DNA from: an uncultured Planctomycetia bacterium
Lineage (GTDB): Bacteria; Omnitrophota; Gorgyraeia; Pluralincolimonadales; Pluralincolimonadaceae
Direction of reading: 5' to 3'
Assembly: GCA_964650515.1 (NCBI GenBank)
Contig: CAZYUB010000001.1
Location: forward strand, 132,640-196,639
DNA: 64,000 nucleotides
Positions within the stretch are counted from its first letter, which is position 1; each line of letters begins with the position of its first letter. Of the stretch, positions 1 to 9,300 are shown piece after piece. The translations under genes were made by a program, and so were the position numbers. Below the pieces are notes generated by a model that was not told the DNA's origin, did no database searches, and was given only the letters and a program-made list of their open reading frames with translations.

Positions 1-133
1 AAAATTCCGTCGGCGCGGGGATAAGGTTCAGGGCGAAGTGGTTCGTCGCGCGGCTCGATTACGGATATCCGCTTAACAAGAACAAGGAGAAGCGCGAGGG
101 AAGGTTCCATTTCGGCGCGGGAGTGCCGTTCTG

Positions 134-763
134 ATGGTTACGCAGGCGACATCGGACAGGAATACCGCTCATAAGGAATTTTTGGATAAACTGGGTATAA
201 AAGAAGGCCGGCTCGCGCGTTTACAGCAGGTCCACGCAGGAACGGTGGTAATAGTCACCGGCAAGACGGGCCTCTCCGCGGAGATCCCGGGCGCCGACGC
301 GGCCGTGACGGAAGTGAAAGGCCTCGCGCTCTCGGTAAGGACCGCGGATTGCCTGCCGGTATTCTTCCACGACCCGGAGCACGGGGCGATAGGCATCGCG
401 CACGCGGGATGGCGCAGCACGAAGGAGAGGATATCGCCCGCCGTCGTGCGGATGATGGTTTCGGAGTATAAGTCCGACCCGTCGAAGCTCGTGATAAGCT
501 TCGGGCCGGCGCTGAGGCAGTGCTGTTACGAGGTCAACACGGAATTTCTGGTGCATTTTCCGGATTCAGTTGTTAAAATGGCGCATAAGCATTTTTTTGA
601 CTTAGCCGGGGAGAACGCGGAGCAACTGCTTTCGGCGGGCGTCGTATCGAAGAATATTTATGATTGCGGCATATGCACGTCGTGCAGGAACGCCGAGTAC
701 TTTTCGTACAGGAAAGAGAAGGCCGCCGCGGGCCGCATGCTTTCGGTTATAATGCTTAGGTAA
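134..763 (+). CDS. pgeF: YfiH/PgeF family (DUF152) purine nucleoside phosphorylase / peptidoglycan editing factor
   Basis: 209 aa. Conserved ADCLPV and GWR motifs and a C-terminal Cys cluster typical of YfiH. Nearest upstream in-frame stop is at 74-76; the first ATG is at 134. Confidence 0.8.
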   Translation: MVTQATSDRNTAHKEFLDKLGIKEGRLARLQQVHAGTVVIVTGKTGLSAEIPGADAAVTEVKGLALSVRTADCLPVFFHDPEHGAIGIAHAGWRSTKERISPAVVRMMVSEYKSDPSKLVISFGPALRQCCYEVNTEFLVHFPDSVVKMAHKHFFDLAGENAEQLLSAGVVSKNIYDCGICTSCRNAEYFSYRKEKAAAGRMLSVIMLR

Positions 764-789
764 AATACGCGACAACAGGAGGAATGCAG

Positions 790-1281
790 ATGAAGATAGG
801 CGTAATGTCGGATTCCCATGATAACGTCCCGATGGTCAAGAAGGCGGTGGACACCTTCAACGCCGAGGGATGCAGCCTTGTAGTGCACGCCGGAGATTTC
901 TGCGCGCCTTTCGCGGTAACGCCGCTCGAAAAACTGAAATGCAAATGGCTCGGCGTGTTCGGCAACAACGACGGCGACAAGAAGGCGCTCTCGATGAAAT
1001 CCAACGGGATGATCGTCGACCACCCTTACAGGTACGACCTTTCCAATATCAGGATGATAGTGACGCACGAGATTGAGGACGTCCAGGACGTCCTCGGCAT
1101 GATAGACAGGCAGGAGGTCCACCTGCTGATACACGGCCATACGCATAAGCCCGATATTAAGACGGTCAAGACATGCCTCATCGTAAATCCCGGCGAGACC
1201 GGAGGTTGGACGACCGGCAGGGCGACCGTGGCGATAGTGGACACCGAGACGATGACCGCTAGAGAGATAGAGCTTAAATGA
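790..1281 (+). CDS. YfcE/MJ0936-family metallophosphoesterase (phosphodiesterase)
   Basis: Contains GDxHD..GNND..GHTH metallophosphatase motifs. AGGAGG at 777-782 favours ATG 790 over ATG 784 in the same frame. Confidence 0.8.
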   Translation: MKIGVMSDSHDNVPMVKKAVDTFNAEGCSLVVHAGDFCAPFAVTPLEKLKCKWLGVFGNNDGDKKALSMKSNGMIVDHPYRYDLSNIRMIVTHEIEDVQDVLGMIDRQEVHLLIHGHTHKPDIKTVKTCLIVNPGETGGWTTGRATVAIVDTETMTAREIELK

Positions 1282-2351
1282 AATCGAAGGTATTCTTCAC
1301 AAGGGCGAAAAAAGACGAAGGCCTTGAGACGATCGGCGAGAAGACGCGCTGGCTGCTCAAGAGCGCGGGCCTTAAGGACATAATAAATAAGGGCTCGCTG
1401 GTCGCGCTGAAGCTGACGTTCGGCGAGAAGGGCAATACCGGACATATCGACGCGCGCCACGCGAAGTTCGTCGCGGAAGAGGTCGGCGCGCTCGGCGGCA
1501 AGCCGTTCTTTACGGATTCAAACACGCTCTACCTCGGGCAGAGGACGAACGCCGTCGACCATATGAACCTCGCTTACGAGCACGGCTTTACGCCGGATGT
1601 CTGCGGCGCGCCGGTCATGATTGCCGACGGGCTGCGCTCCGGCGGCGATTTCGAGGTGAAGATAAACGGCAACCATTTCAAGTCGGTCAGGATATCGCGC
1701 GGCTGCTCCGACGCCGACGCAGCCGTCGTGATGTCGCATGTGACGGGGCATATGGTCACCGGGTTCGCGAGCGCGGTCAAGAACCTCGGAATGGGTTTCG
1801 CGACCCGCGCGGGAAAACTCATGCAGCACTCGGGGGTAAAGCCGTCGGTAATAAAAGGAAAATGCACCGGGTGCGGCCTCTGCATAAAACACTGCCCGGC
1901 CGGCGCGATAACGATGAAGGATAAAGAAGCGTTCATCGACGAAAAGAAATGCATCGGCTGCGCGGACTGCCTTGTCGCCTGCCGCAGCGACGCGATAAAC
2001 ATTTCGTGGGGCGAATCGAGCGGCAACGTCCAGGAGAAGATGGCCGAATTTGCGCTCGGCGTAATGAACGACAAGAAGGGAAGGATACTGTTCCTGAATT
2101 ACGCTTTTAAGATAACGAAGGACTGCGACTGCCTCGCGAAAGACGAGCCGGCGGTCGCACCAGACGCGGGGATATTCGCCTCGACCGACCCCGTAGCGAT
2201 AGACAAGGCCTCGGCAGATATCGTCAACGCCGCCGCAAAGACAGACGCGTTCAGCAGGGAATGGCCGCAAATCGACTGGGCGAGGCAGCTTGAATACGGC
2301 GCGAAGATAGGTCTCGGAAGCTTGGATTACGAACTCGTGGAGAAGCCGTGA
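1278..2351 (+). CDS. DUF362 domain protein with two 4Fe-4S ferredoxin-type Cys clusters
   Basis: 357 aa. CTGCGLCIKHCP and CIGCADCLVAC motifs. ATGA overlap with the upstream stop. Confidence 0.8.
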   Translation: MKSKVFFTRAKKDEGLETIGEKTRWLLKSAGLKDIINKGSLVALKLTFGEKGNTGHIDARHAKFVAEEVGALGGKPFFTDSNTLYLGQRTNAVDHMNLAYEHGFTPDVCGAPVMIADGLRSGGDFEVKINGNHFKSVRISRGCSDADAAVVMSHVTGHMVTGFASAVKNLGMGFATRAGKLMQHSGVKPSVIKGKCTGCGLCIKHCPAGAITMKDKEAFIDEKKCIGCADCLVACRSDAINISWGESSGNVQEKMAEFALGVMNDKKGRILFLNYAFKITKDCDCLAKDEPAVAPDAGIFASTDPVAIDKASADIVNAAAKTDAFSREWPQIDWARQLEYGAKIGLGSLDYELVEKP

Positions 2352-3121
2352 AACGCATATTGCTGACAAATGACGACGGGATACATTCGCCGGGCATCCT
2401 CGAGCTTTACCGTAAAATTAAATCTCTCGGCGAGGTAACGGTCGTCGCGCCCGACGCGGAGCGTTCCGCGCAGGGCCACGCCATAACGCTGTCGGTGCCG
2501 CTTCGCGTGAATGAGGCGAGCCACGAGGGGAAGTTCTTCGGCTACGCCATCTCGGGCACGCCCGCCGACTGCGTGAAGATAGCGCTGATGTCGATAATGA
2601 AGAAGCATAAGCCCGACCTCATAATCTCGGGCGTGAACCGCGGGCCGAACCTCGGGGTAAACGTGCTCTATTCCGGGACGGTATCCGGCGCGACGGAGGG
2701 CGCTATACTCGGCGTGCCGTCGTTCGCGGTGTCGCTGAACTCGTTCAAGTGGGCAAGGTACGGGGCCGCCGTGGATTTCGCGCGCAAGCTCGCAAAGATG
2801 ATGCTTGAAAAGAAGATGCCGGTGAATACGCTGCTGAACGTGAACGTCCCGGCGCTTCCGGCTTCGAGGATAAAGGGAGTGAAGATAACGCGGCAGGGGA
2901 TGTCGACATTCTACAGGGAGAGCTACGACAGGCGCGAGGACCCGAACAAGCGCGTCTATTACTGGCTTTGCAGCCATAAGGCGGAGGTCGCCGGCGACGA
3001 AATGGTCGACGCAGTCGCCGTCCGCGACGGCTACATCTCGATAACGCCGCTGCACTACGACATGACGGATTACAAGGACCTTGAGATATTATCGGATGCG
3101 GGCAAAAAACTCTTTAAATAA
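2348..3121 (+). CDS. surE: 5'/3'-nucleotidase SurE
   Basis: N-terminal LLTNDDGIHSPGI and a later GTPADCV motif. GTG start overlaps the upstream stop. Confidence 0.9.
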   Translation: MKRILLTNDDGIHSPGILELYRKIKSLGEVTVVAPDAERSAQGHAITLSVPLRVNEASHEGKFFGYAISGTPADCVKIALMSIMKKHKPDLIISGVNRGPNLGVNVLYSGTVSGATEGAILGVPSFAVSLNSFKWARYGAAVDFARKLAKMMLEKKMPVNTLLNVNVPALPASRIKGVKITRQGMSTFYRESYDRREDPNKRVYYWLCSHKAEVAGDEMVDAVAVRDGYISITPLHYDMTDYKDLEILSDAGKKLFK

Positions 3122-3140
3122 CTGCAGGGAACTGGAAGCC

Positions 3141-3776
3141 ATGGCCGCCGCTGGGGGCGCGTCGGTATTCGGCGTCGCCGACGTATCCAAAATAAAGGAT
3201 ACGTTCTGCTTCGAGCCGAAGTCGGTTTGCGACGGGCTCGACCGCGGCATCTCGATAGGCGTGCGGCTCTCGCGGAGGGTCTTATCGACCGTTACGGACC
3301 AGCCGTCAAGGATCTACGCTTTCCATTATAAGAGGGTGAACTCACTGCTGGATGAGCTTGCCCTGAAGATCTCCAACCATATCCAGGACCGCGGTTATTC
3401 TGCGCTTCCGGTCCCCGCGAGCTTGATCGAGGACTGGGACAACATGCGCGGCGCGGTATCCCACAAGAAGATTGGGTATCTCGCGGGTAACGGGTTCATC
3501 GGGCGTTCGGGCCTGCTTGTGAACCCGAAGTTCGGAGCGGCCGTCAGGTACGCCACTATCCTGACCGACATGCCGCTGAAGGCCGGCAAACCCGTAAAAG
3601 CCGGATGCGGCGCATGCGCAGCGTGTGTTTCCGTATGCCCGGCAAAAGCAATAAAGAAGGACCCGAAGGAACTGGACGTGGCGGCCTGCCGCGAACTGTT
3701 GAAGACCTTTGCCAACAGGCCGGGGATAGGCCATTCGATCTGCGGTATTTGCGTCAAGGCGTGCAAAGGGAAATAA
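3141..3776 (+). CDS. 4Fe-4S binding protein, epoxyqueuosine-reductase (QueG)-like C-terminal domain family
   Basis: Cys motifs CGACAACVSVCP and CGICVKAC. ATG 3141 is chosen because the longer ORF from 3081 overlaps surE. Confidence 0.6.
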   Translation: MAAAGGASVFGVADVSKIKDTFCFEPKSVCDGLDRGISIGVRLSRRVLSTVTDQPSRIYAFHYKRVNSLLDELALKISNHIQDRGYSALPVPASLIEDWDNMRGAVSHKKIGYLAGNGFIGRSGLLVNPKFGAAVRYATILTDMPLKAGKPVKAGCGACAACVSVCPAKAIKKDPKELDVAACRELLKTFANRPGIGHSICGICVKACKGK

Positions 3777-3799
3777 CTTATCAATCTTAGGAGGGTTAA

Positions 3800-4330
3800 A
3801 TGGGGGCAGCAAAGTCGCACAAACCTGTGAAGCTTGTCATCGGGATGATATCGAACGAGCCCGACCTGATCATGAAAGTGGAGAAGCAGCTTGAATGGAA
3901 GTTCGGCAAGATAGATTTCAGGACCGCGTTACTGGATTTCTCGTATACGGACTATTACGCGCCGGAGATGGGGCAGAACCTCAAGAGGCAGTTCATATCG
4001 TTCAGGAAACTCGTGAACCCGGAGATGCTGCCTAAGATAAAGCACTTGACGAACAATATGGAGATCGGCCTCAGCAGGGAGCGCGGGAAGCCGTCTCGCA
4101 GGATAAATATCGACCCGGGATACGTGACCGACGCGAAGCTTATCCTCGCGACGACGAAGGACAACGCGCACAGAATATACCTTAACAGCGGCGTCTTCGC
4201 CGAGATAACGCTGCGTTACGTCGACAGGTCGTTCCTGCCGTGGGAATGGACCTACCGCGATTACCAGACGAGGGAGTATGTCGATATCTTCAACGAGATA
4301 CGCAAGATATACCTGCAACAGGCGAAATGA
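3800..4330 (+). CDS. DUF4416-like conserved hypothetical protein
   Basis: 176 aa soluble protein. Family assignment is from memory of DUF4416-type sequences. AGGAGG lies upstream of the start. Confidence 0.55.
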   Translation: MGAAKSHKPVKLVIGMISNEPDLIMKVEKQLEWKFGKIDFRTALLDFSYTDYYAPEMGQNLKRQFISFRKLVNPEMLPKIKHLTNNMEIGLSRERGKPSRRINIDPGYVTDAKLILATTKDNAHRIYLNSGVFAEITLRYVDRSFLPWEWTYRDYQTREYVDIFNEIRKIYLQQAK

Positions 4331-5442
4331 TAAGCTACCTGACGCAGGAGCCCGCGAAAAGGTATTCGCGGATAAAGAGCATTCTCTTCGGCGTAGAGCT
4401 CGTGCTGACCGTGCTCTTCCTCTATGTGATGGCGACACAGGGGCCCTCCGTATGGATACGCAACTTTGCAGAGCATATCTCGGAGAACCCGTGGGCCTCG
4501 ACGGCGGTCTATTACGCTGTATTCGGGGCTGTCTTTACCGCGGTGACGTTCACGCTCGACATGTACCAGGGCTATTCCATAGAGCGCAAGTTCTCACTCT
4601 CCAACCAGAGCTTCTCCGGGTGGCTTAAGGATTATTTAAAGAAACTCGCGCTCAGCGGCGGGATGTTCCTCATCCTGACGGAGATGCTGTATTTCTTCCT
4701 GAGGAGCTCCGGCAGGGCATGGTGGGCGTGGACCGCAGCGTTCTGGGTCCTGTTCACGATAGTCCTCAGCAAGGTAGCTCCCATCGTGATACTGCCGATG
4801 TTCTTCAAGATAAAGCAGCTCACCGACGAGGACCTTCGCTCGCGCGTGCTGAACCTCGCCGCGAAATGCGGCGCGAAGGTCAACGGCGTCTACGAGATAG
4901 ACCTCAGCAGCAAGACGGTCAAGGCGAACGCCGCGCTGGCGGGCCTCGGCAAGACGCGCAGGATACTGCTCGGGGACACGTTGCTTAAGGAATATTCGCA
5001 CGAGGAGATAGAGGTCGTCCTCGCGCACGAGCTCGGCCACCACAGGCGCGGGCATATAGCGAAAATACTCATTTTCGGGGCGATAACGTCGTTCGCGGGT
5101 TTCTACGCCGCCAGTTTGGTCTTCGAGAGGTTCTCGGAGATGGCGGGGCTGCGCGGCGTGTCGGACCTGGCGGGCTTCCCGCTGCTCGCGCTGATATTCA
5201 CGTTCTTCGCGCTGCTGATGATGCCCATCCAGAACGGCATCAGCAGGGCGTTCGAGAGGCAGGCGGACCGTTTCGCGCTCGAGATAACTCAGCATCCCGA
5301 CGCTTTCATATCGATGATGAACAAGCTCGGGGACCAGAACCTCTCCGACAAGGAGCCCGGGCGGCTCGAGGAGATATTCCTCTACGACCACCCGCCGATC
5401 GGCAAGCGAGTGAGGATGGCGGAGGCGTTTAAAGTAAGATAA
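4327..5442 (+). CDS. M48 family zinc metallopeptidase (Ste24/HtpX-like) with N-terminal TM segments
   Basis: HELGHH zinc motif plus a downstream glutamate. Multi-TM N-terminal half. ATGA overlap with the upstream gene. Confidence 0.85.
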   Translation: MISYLTQEPAKRYSRIKSILFGVELVLTVLFLYVMATQGPSVWIRNFAEHISENPWASTAVYYAVFGAVFTAVTFTLDMYQGYSIERKFSLSNQSFSGWLKDYLKKLALSGGMFLILTEMLYFFLRSSGRAWWAWTAAFWVLFTIVLSKVAPIVILPMFFKIKQLTDEDLRSRVLNLAAKCGAKVNGVYEIDLSSKTVKANAALAGLGKTRRILLGDTLLKEYSHEEIEVVLAHELGHHRRGHIAKILIFGAITSFAGFYAASLVFERFSEMAGLRGVSDLAGFPLLALIFTFFALLMMPIQNGISRAFERQADRFALEITQHPDAFISMMNKLGDQNLSDKEPGRLEEIFLYDHPPIGKRVRMAEAFKVR

Positions 5443-5475
5443 AAAGCCGGAATTATGTTAAATCCCCGATTGACA
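5443..5475 (+). terminator. putative hairpin (CCCGA..TCGGG) followed by a T-run after the M48 peptidase gene; TTGACA -35-like element at 5470-5475
   Basis: 5 bp stem and TTTTTGT tract. Weak. Confidence 0.3.
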
Positions 5476-5592
5476 CCCTCGGGTTTTTGTGGTAATTTAT
5501 AGCTCCACCAGTCAGCTTTCCTGGCTGATAGTTCATTGATAAAGGCGAACCGGTGGTTTTGCGCTGTTCGACAAAATTACGGGGGTTCGCCG

Positions 5593-6285
5593 ATGAAAGC
5601 GGAAGAAAGGAAGCTCGCAAGAGAGCTTCGTAAGCAAGGATGGTCGCTTAGGGCGATATCGAAACATACGGGGTGTTCTAAAGCTTCAATAAGCAACTGG
5701 ATACGAGATATCCCTCTTACAGATGAGCAGATAGCCCGTTTAAAGTCCAACCAGGACAAGGGAAGGGCAGCGGCGGCAAAGCATCCGAACGGCCCTAAAA
5801 TGAAATGGGCAAGGATACGTAAAGATATCTCAGATTCCGCGGAAAGAGAAATCCCCTTAAGGTATTCAACCTTCGTTCTGAAAATAGTAGGCATTGCGCT
5901 ATATTGGGGAGAAGGCTCGAAAGCGGGAAATAATACGGTGGGTTTTAGTAATTCCGATCCCGTCATGATCCGGTTGATGATGCGGTTTTTCAAAGATGTT
6001 TGTAATGTGAAGGGCTCTAAATTTCGCGGAGGGGTTCAAATCCATCCGCACCTGGATATAAAAAAAGCCGAAATATTTTGGTCCCAAATTAGCGGGATCC
6101 CATTAAAGCAATTTCATAAAACTAACATAGCCGTCAGCAGGGCGAGCAAAAACAAAAGAGACACGTTGCCGTTAGGCACATTCAAAATAGTAGTTTCCGA
6201 TGTCCGTCTCCAGTCCACGATAAAGGGTTGGATCGAGGGCATGAAAAGATGGTCGAATATAAGGGCGCTTAGCTCAGCTGGTTAG
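5593..6285 (+). CDS. HTH-domain protein with LAGLIDADG-like motif (putative homing-endonuclease-like), low G+C
   Basis: N-terminal HTH (LRKQGWSLRAISKHTGCSKASISNWI). IALYWGEGSK resembles the LAGLIDADG motif. A/T-rich codon usage unlike neighbouring genes. The last 7 codons are encoded by the 5' end of tRNA-Val. Confidence 0.6.
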   Translation: MKAEERKLARELRKQGWSLRAISKHTGCSKASISNWIRDIPLTDEQIARLKSNQDKGRAAAAKHPNGPKMKWARIRKDISDSAEREIPLRYSTFVLKIVGIALYWGEGSKAGNNTVGFSNSDPVMIRLMMRFFKDVCNVKGSKFRGGVQIHPHLDIKKAEIFWSQISGIPLKQFHKTNIAVSRASKNKRDTLPLGTFKIVVSDVRLQSTIKGWIEGMKRWSNIRALSSAG

Positions 6286-6341
6286 AGCGGTTGATTTACA
6301 TTCAACAGGCTTCAGAGGTTCGATCCCTCTAGCGCCCACCA
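6263..6341 (+). tRNA. tRNA-Val (anticodon TAC)
   Basis: Cloverleaf folded by hand: acceptor GGGCGCT/AGCGCCC, anticodon loop TTTACAT, T-loop TTCGATC, encoded CCA. Confidence 0.85.
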
Positions 6342-6355
6342 TATAGATTTACAGC

Positions 6356-6434
6356 GGGCCCGTGGTGCAGCCTGGTCTAGCACGTCAGATTGTCGATCTG
6401 AAGACCGCGAGTTCAAATCTCGTCGGGCCCGCCA
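6356..6434 (+). tRNA. tRNA-Asp (anticodon GTC)
   Basis: Acceptor GGGCCCG/CGGGCCC, anticodon loop TTGTCGA, T-loop TTCAAAT, encoded CCA. Confidence 0.85.
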
Positions 6435-6573
6435 TTAATTCCCCTACATGGGCGTAATGAATTACTCCGAGTTCAGCCGTGGAGGATTCCGGAGGAATCC
6501 GACCGGCGCTTTGAACGAGGAGTAAGAAGCATGAGGCGTTATAGATGGATAGTATAGGCACATAGGTAAACCC

Positions 6574-6606
6574 AAGGGCGTTAGGAAACTAACGCCCTTT
6601 TTTGTT
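6574..6606 (+). terminator. Rho-independent terminator after the tRNA-Val/Asp pair
   Basis: AAGGGCGTTA-GGAAAC-TAACGCCCTT stem followed by TTTTTTG. Confidence 0.75.
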
Positions 6607-6619
6607 TACAAGGCAGATC

Positions 6620-6883
6620 ATGGACCACATAACCATTCTCGGCATGCTTGCCGCCACATGCACCACCGTCGCCCTGTTCCCGCAGGCCTATAAGATCCAC
6701 CGGACGGGGCACACGCGCGACCTCTCCCTGCCGATGTGGATAATATTCTCCACCGGCATCTTGCTCTGGCTCATCTACGGCATTATAATAAGGAATCTTC
6801 CGATAATCTGCGCCAATACAGTTACTCTTGTATTATGCGCTTATATCTTGATAATGATGGTCAAGAACAGGAGGAAGCCATGA
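6620..6883 (+). CDS. SemiSWEET (PQ-loop / MtN3-like) sugar transporter
   Basis: 87 aa with 3 TM segments and a PQ motif (FPQAYKIHRT). Start moved to ATG 6620 because the 6602 start lies inside the terminator. Confidence 0.75.
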   Translation: MDHITILGMLAATCTTVALFPQAYKIHRTGHTRDLSLPMWIIFSTGILLWLIYGIIIRNLPIICANTVTLVLCAYILIMMVKNRRKP

Positions 6884-7605
6884 AACGCTTCGCGTTCTAT
6901 ATTATCTTCCTTTACGGCGCCATATTGGTGATCCTGACACAGCCGGTCATGCTCGCGTCTTTCGCTTCTGGTTCCGACGGATTCGACTGGAAAGAGATAT
7001 CGAAGATATTCGAGGCGTGGAGGTATTGGGTTCTCTTCGCGATAATGCTGTTGTGCGAGGCGGCCCTGCTCGGGGTATCCGTGAAGGCGGAGAGCAAGAG
7101 GCCCGTCACGAGGAAACCCGTGATCTTCTCGGTCATCGCCTCGTCATTCTTGGCAGCCTTCTTGATTCTGGGAATTGTTGCTGCCATCTCCGAGACGATA
7201 AATAAGGAGCCGGACCTGATAGCCGGTGTCATAGCGTTTATGGGTTTCCCCGAGCTGAAGGAAGCTTTCACGCAGGGGAATGCCTTAGGAGTCGGCGCCG
7301 CCGGATTCATCATCGTATGGCTTATATGGGCGCGCGTATTCTACAGGTGGAGTAAAAAACTCGAGCCGAAGACATTCATCGGAAGGCAATGCAAGGCGCT
7401 TTTCGCGGGCAGCGTCCTCGAATTGCTCGTCGCCGTGCCGACGCATATCCTCGCGAGGAGCAGGGATTACTGCTGCGCGGGGTTTTCGACATTTGTAGGC
7501 ATCGCGCTCGGGATATCGGTGATGCTGCTCTCGTTCGGGCCGGGCGTCTTCTTCCTGTATGCGGACAGGTGGAAGAAACTGCATCCAAGCCGCGCGGGAA
7601 AATAG
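6880..7605 (+). CDS. hypothetical polytopic membrane protein
   Basis: Hydrophobic segments throughout. ATG 6880 overlaps the SemiSWEET stop (ATGA). Confidence 0.5.
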   Translation: MKRFAFYIIFLYGAILVILTQPVMLASFASGSDGFDWKEISKIFEAWRYWVLFAIMLLCEAALLGVSVKAESKRPVTRKPVIFSVIASSFLAAFLILGIVAAISETINKEPDLIAGVIAFMGFPELKEAFTQGNALGVGAAGFIIVWLIWARVFYRWSKKLEPKTFIGRQCKALFAGSVLELLVAVPTHILARSRDYCCAGFSTFVGIALGISVMLLSFGPGVFFLYADRWKKLHPSRAGK

Positions 7606-7938
7606 ATGGACGAGAAGGCCTTTGAGAATTTGGTCGTCGAAGCAGTCGAGGGTCTCCCGGACGAGTTCAAGAGGAAGCTCGAGAACATAGATATCGTGAT
7701 AGAGGACGGGAAACCCGGCCGCCTGCTCGGGCTTTACCAGGGCGTGCCGCTGTCGCAGAGGACGCATTTTTACGGCAACGTACTGCCGGACAAAATAACC
7801 ATATTCAGGAACAACATTGAGAACGCGTGCCGCACCGACGACGAGATAAAGGAAGCCGTCAGGCGCACGGTCATACACGAGATAGCGCATTACTTCGGGT
7901 TGTCTGATGACCACATGAAGAACTCGGGGACATATTAG
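7606..7938 (+). CDS. zincin-like metallopeptidase family protein (PF06262-like, HEIAHYFG motif)
   Basis: 110 aa with a C-terminal HExxH motif. Confidence 0.75.
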   Translation: MDEKAFENLVVEAVEGLPDEFKRKLENIDIVIEDGKPGRLLGLYQGVPLSQRTHFYGNVLPDKITIFRNNIENACRTDDEIKEAVRRTVIHEIAHYFGLSDDHMKNSGTY

Positions 7939-7946
7939 GAGGCAAT

Positions 7947-8312
7947 GTGAAAAATAATTTCATTAAGCGGGTGTTAAGCGTTATAATCCTGTTGGGTTGC
8001 CTCGTGACGCCCGTTTATGTCCGGGCGCTGGATAACGTCATCCGGGAAGATGCCGGATATTACGCGGACCAGAAGAGCGCCGAAGGCGCGGTGACCTCGA
8101 TAGACGGCGACGGCGGTGTTTTCACGATAAGGCCGTTCGACGCCTCGCAGACGAACAGCGACCAACTGATATTCCGCGTAATGCCCGATACGCAGGTATA
8201 TAAAGCCGGAAAGAGCATCGATTCGTCGGATATCCAGGTGGGCGATGTCGTCGCGGTCGAATACCTCGATGACAAGGCGGGCCTCAAGGCGGTCACGGTC
8301 GACGTCCAGTAG
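7947..8312 (+). CDS. secreted hypothetical protein
   Basis: Signal peptide. GTG start 4 nt after AGGAGG. Confidence 0.5.
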   Translation: MKNNFIKRVLSVIILLGCLVTPVYVRALDNVIREDAGYYADQKSAEGAVTSIDGDGGVFTIRPFDASQTNSDQLIFRVMPDTQVYKAGKSIDSSDIQVGDVVAVEYLDDKAGLKAVTVDVQ

Positions 8313-8328
8313 GAGAGCGGAGGCGGGA

Positions 8329-8703
8329 ATGCCGGCACCGGGCAGTAAGATACTGATAATAGACGACGAGATAGACCTCGCCGCGATAGCGAAGGAGCGG
8401 CTCGAGGCGGCCGGATATACCGTGCTGTGGGCGTCCAACGGCTACGAGGGGATAAAGACAGCGGTAAAAGAAAACCCCGACTTGATCCTGCTCGACATAT
8501 TGATGCCGAAGATGGACGGTTTCGAGACACTGCGGGCGCTGAAAGGCGATATGCAGACGTGGGGGATACCCGTCGTGATGCTATCGATCAAGACGGAATC
8601 GGACATGCTCTTCAAAGCGCGCGAACTCGGCGCGGCGGATTATTTCATAAAGACGGACGACTGGAAAGACCTGCTAAAATACATAGAAAGGTACATCAAA
8701 TGA
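8329..8703 (+). CDS. single-domain response regulator (CheY-like receiver)
   Basis: IDDE..D(54-like)..LLDILMPKMDG..K motifs. No output domain. Confidence 0.85.
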   Translation: MPAPGSKILIIDDEIDLAAIAKERLEAAGYTVLWASNGYEGIKTAVKENPDLILLDILMPKMDGFETLRALKGDMQTWGIPVVMLSIKTESDMLFKARELGAADYFIKTDDWKDLLKYIERYIK

Positions 8704-9287
8704 ACAGGAAGACAGCTATGGCGCTTATGCTTGCTGCGCTGGCCGTGGCGGCAACATTTGCTCCGGCCTTTGCCGCATTGCAGAACAAGGACAGCGAACT
8801 TTGCAACGCCGCAATGACAGGTGATATCAAGAAAGCGGAGAGGTATTTAAGGCAGGGCGCCTTTGTGAACGCGAAGAACTGCGACGGCAAGACGCCGCTG
8901 ATGCTCGCGCTAGAGAACAACCACCAGTACGTAGCCGAGATGCTGATAAAAGCGGGCGCGAACCCGAATTTTGCCGACTCCGGGGGGACTACGCCGCTGA
9001 TGATAGCCGCGCAAAAAGGGCTTGTCGATACGGTGAAACTGCTTTTATCCAAAGGCGCGAACCCGAACACGCAGCAGAGCAACATCAAATCCGTCTACGC
9101 CAGCGAGAACAGGACCCCGATAATGTTCGCCGCGGAAGGCGGCAATCCCGATATAGTCAAGATGCTCATAGCGAAAGGCGCCAATGTGAACAAGAAGTCG
9201 CGCGACGGCAAGACCGCGCTGAAGATAGCGGAAGAGAAGGGTTTTTCGGACGTGGCGGAGATACTCAAAAAAACCGGCGCAAAATAA
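8700..9287 (+). CDS. secreted ankyrin-repeat protein
   Basis: Signal peptide then about 5 ANK repeats (TPLMxAA..G..vv.LLL.GANPN). ATGA overlap with the upstream gene. Confidence 0.8.
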   Translation: MNRKTAMALMLAALAVAATFAPAFAALQNKDSELCNAAMTGDIKKAERYLRQGAFVNAKNCDGKTPLMLALENNHQYVAEMLIKAGANPNFADSGGTTPLMIAAQKGLVDTVKLLLSKGANPNTQQSNIKSVYASENRTPIMFAAEGGNPDIVKMLIAKGANVNKKSRDGKTALKIAEEKGFSDVAEILKKTGAK

Positions 9288-9300
9288 AAGGAGGATTGGT

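Noticed and set aside
3-133. Open frame at window start (ends TGA 131-133) that could be the 3' end of an upstream gene (rluD-like position before yfiH)
   Set aside because: Its 43 translated residues show no recognisable family similarity and the 5' end lies outside the window. It is too short to distinguish from a chance open frame.
1518-2369. Long minus-strand ORFs antisense to clear plus-strand genes (also 4636-5391, 28277-29590, 36776-38473, 45890-47281, 47841-49088, 10656-11306, 17181-17849)
   Set aside because: Each completely overlaps a well-supported plus-strand gene with strong family signatures. Long antisense ORFs are expected at this G+C. Their translations are low-complexity and Arg/Pro-rich.
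3081-3140. Longer start (MRYYRMRAKN...) for the Fe-S protein overlapping surE
   Set aside because: It overlaps the surE 3' end by about 40 nt with no homology support. ATG 3141 begins right after the surE stop.
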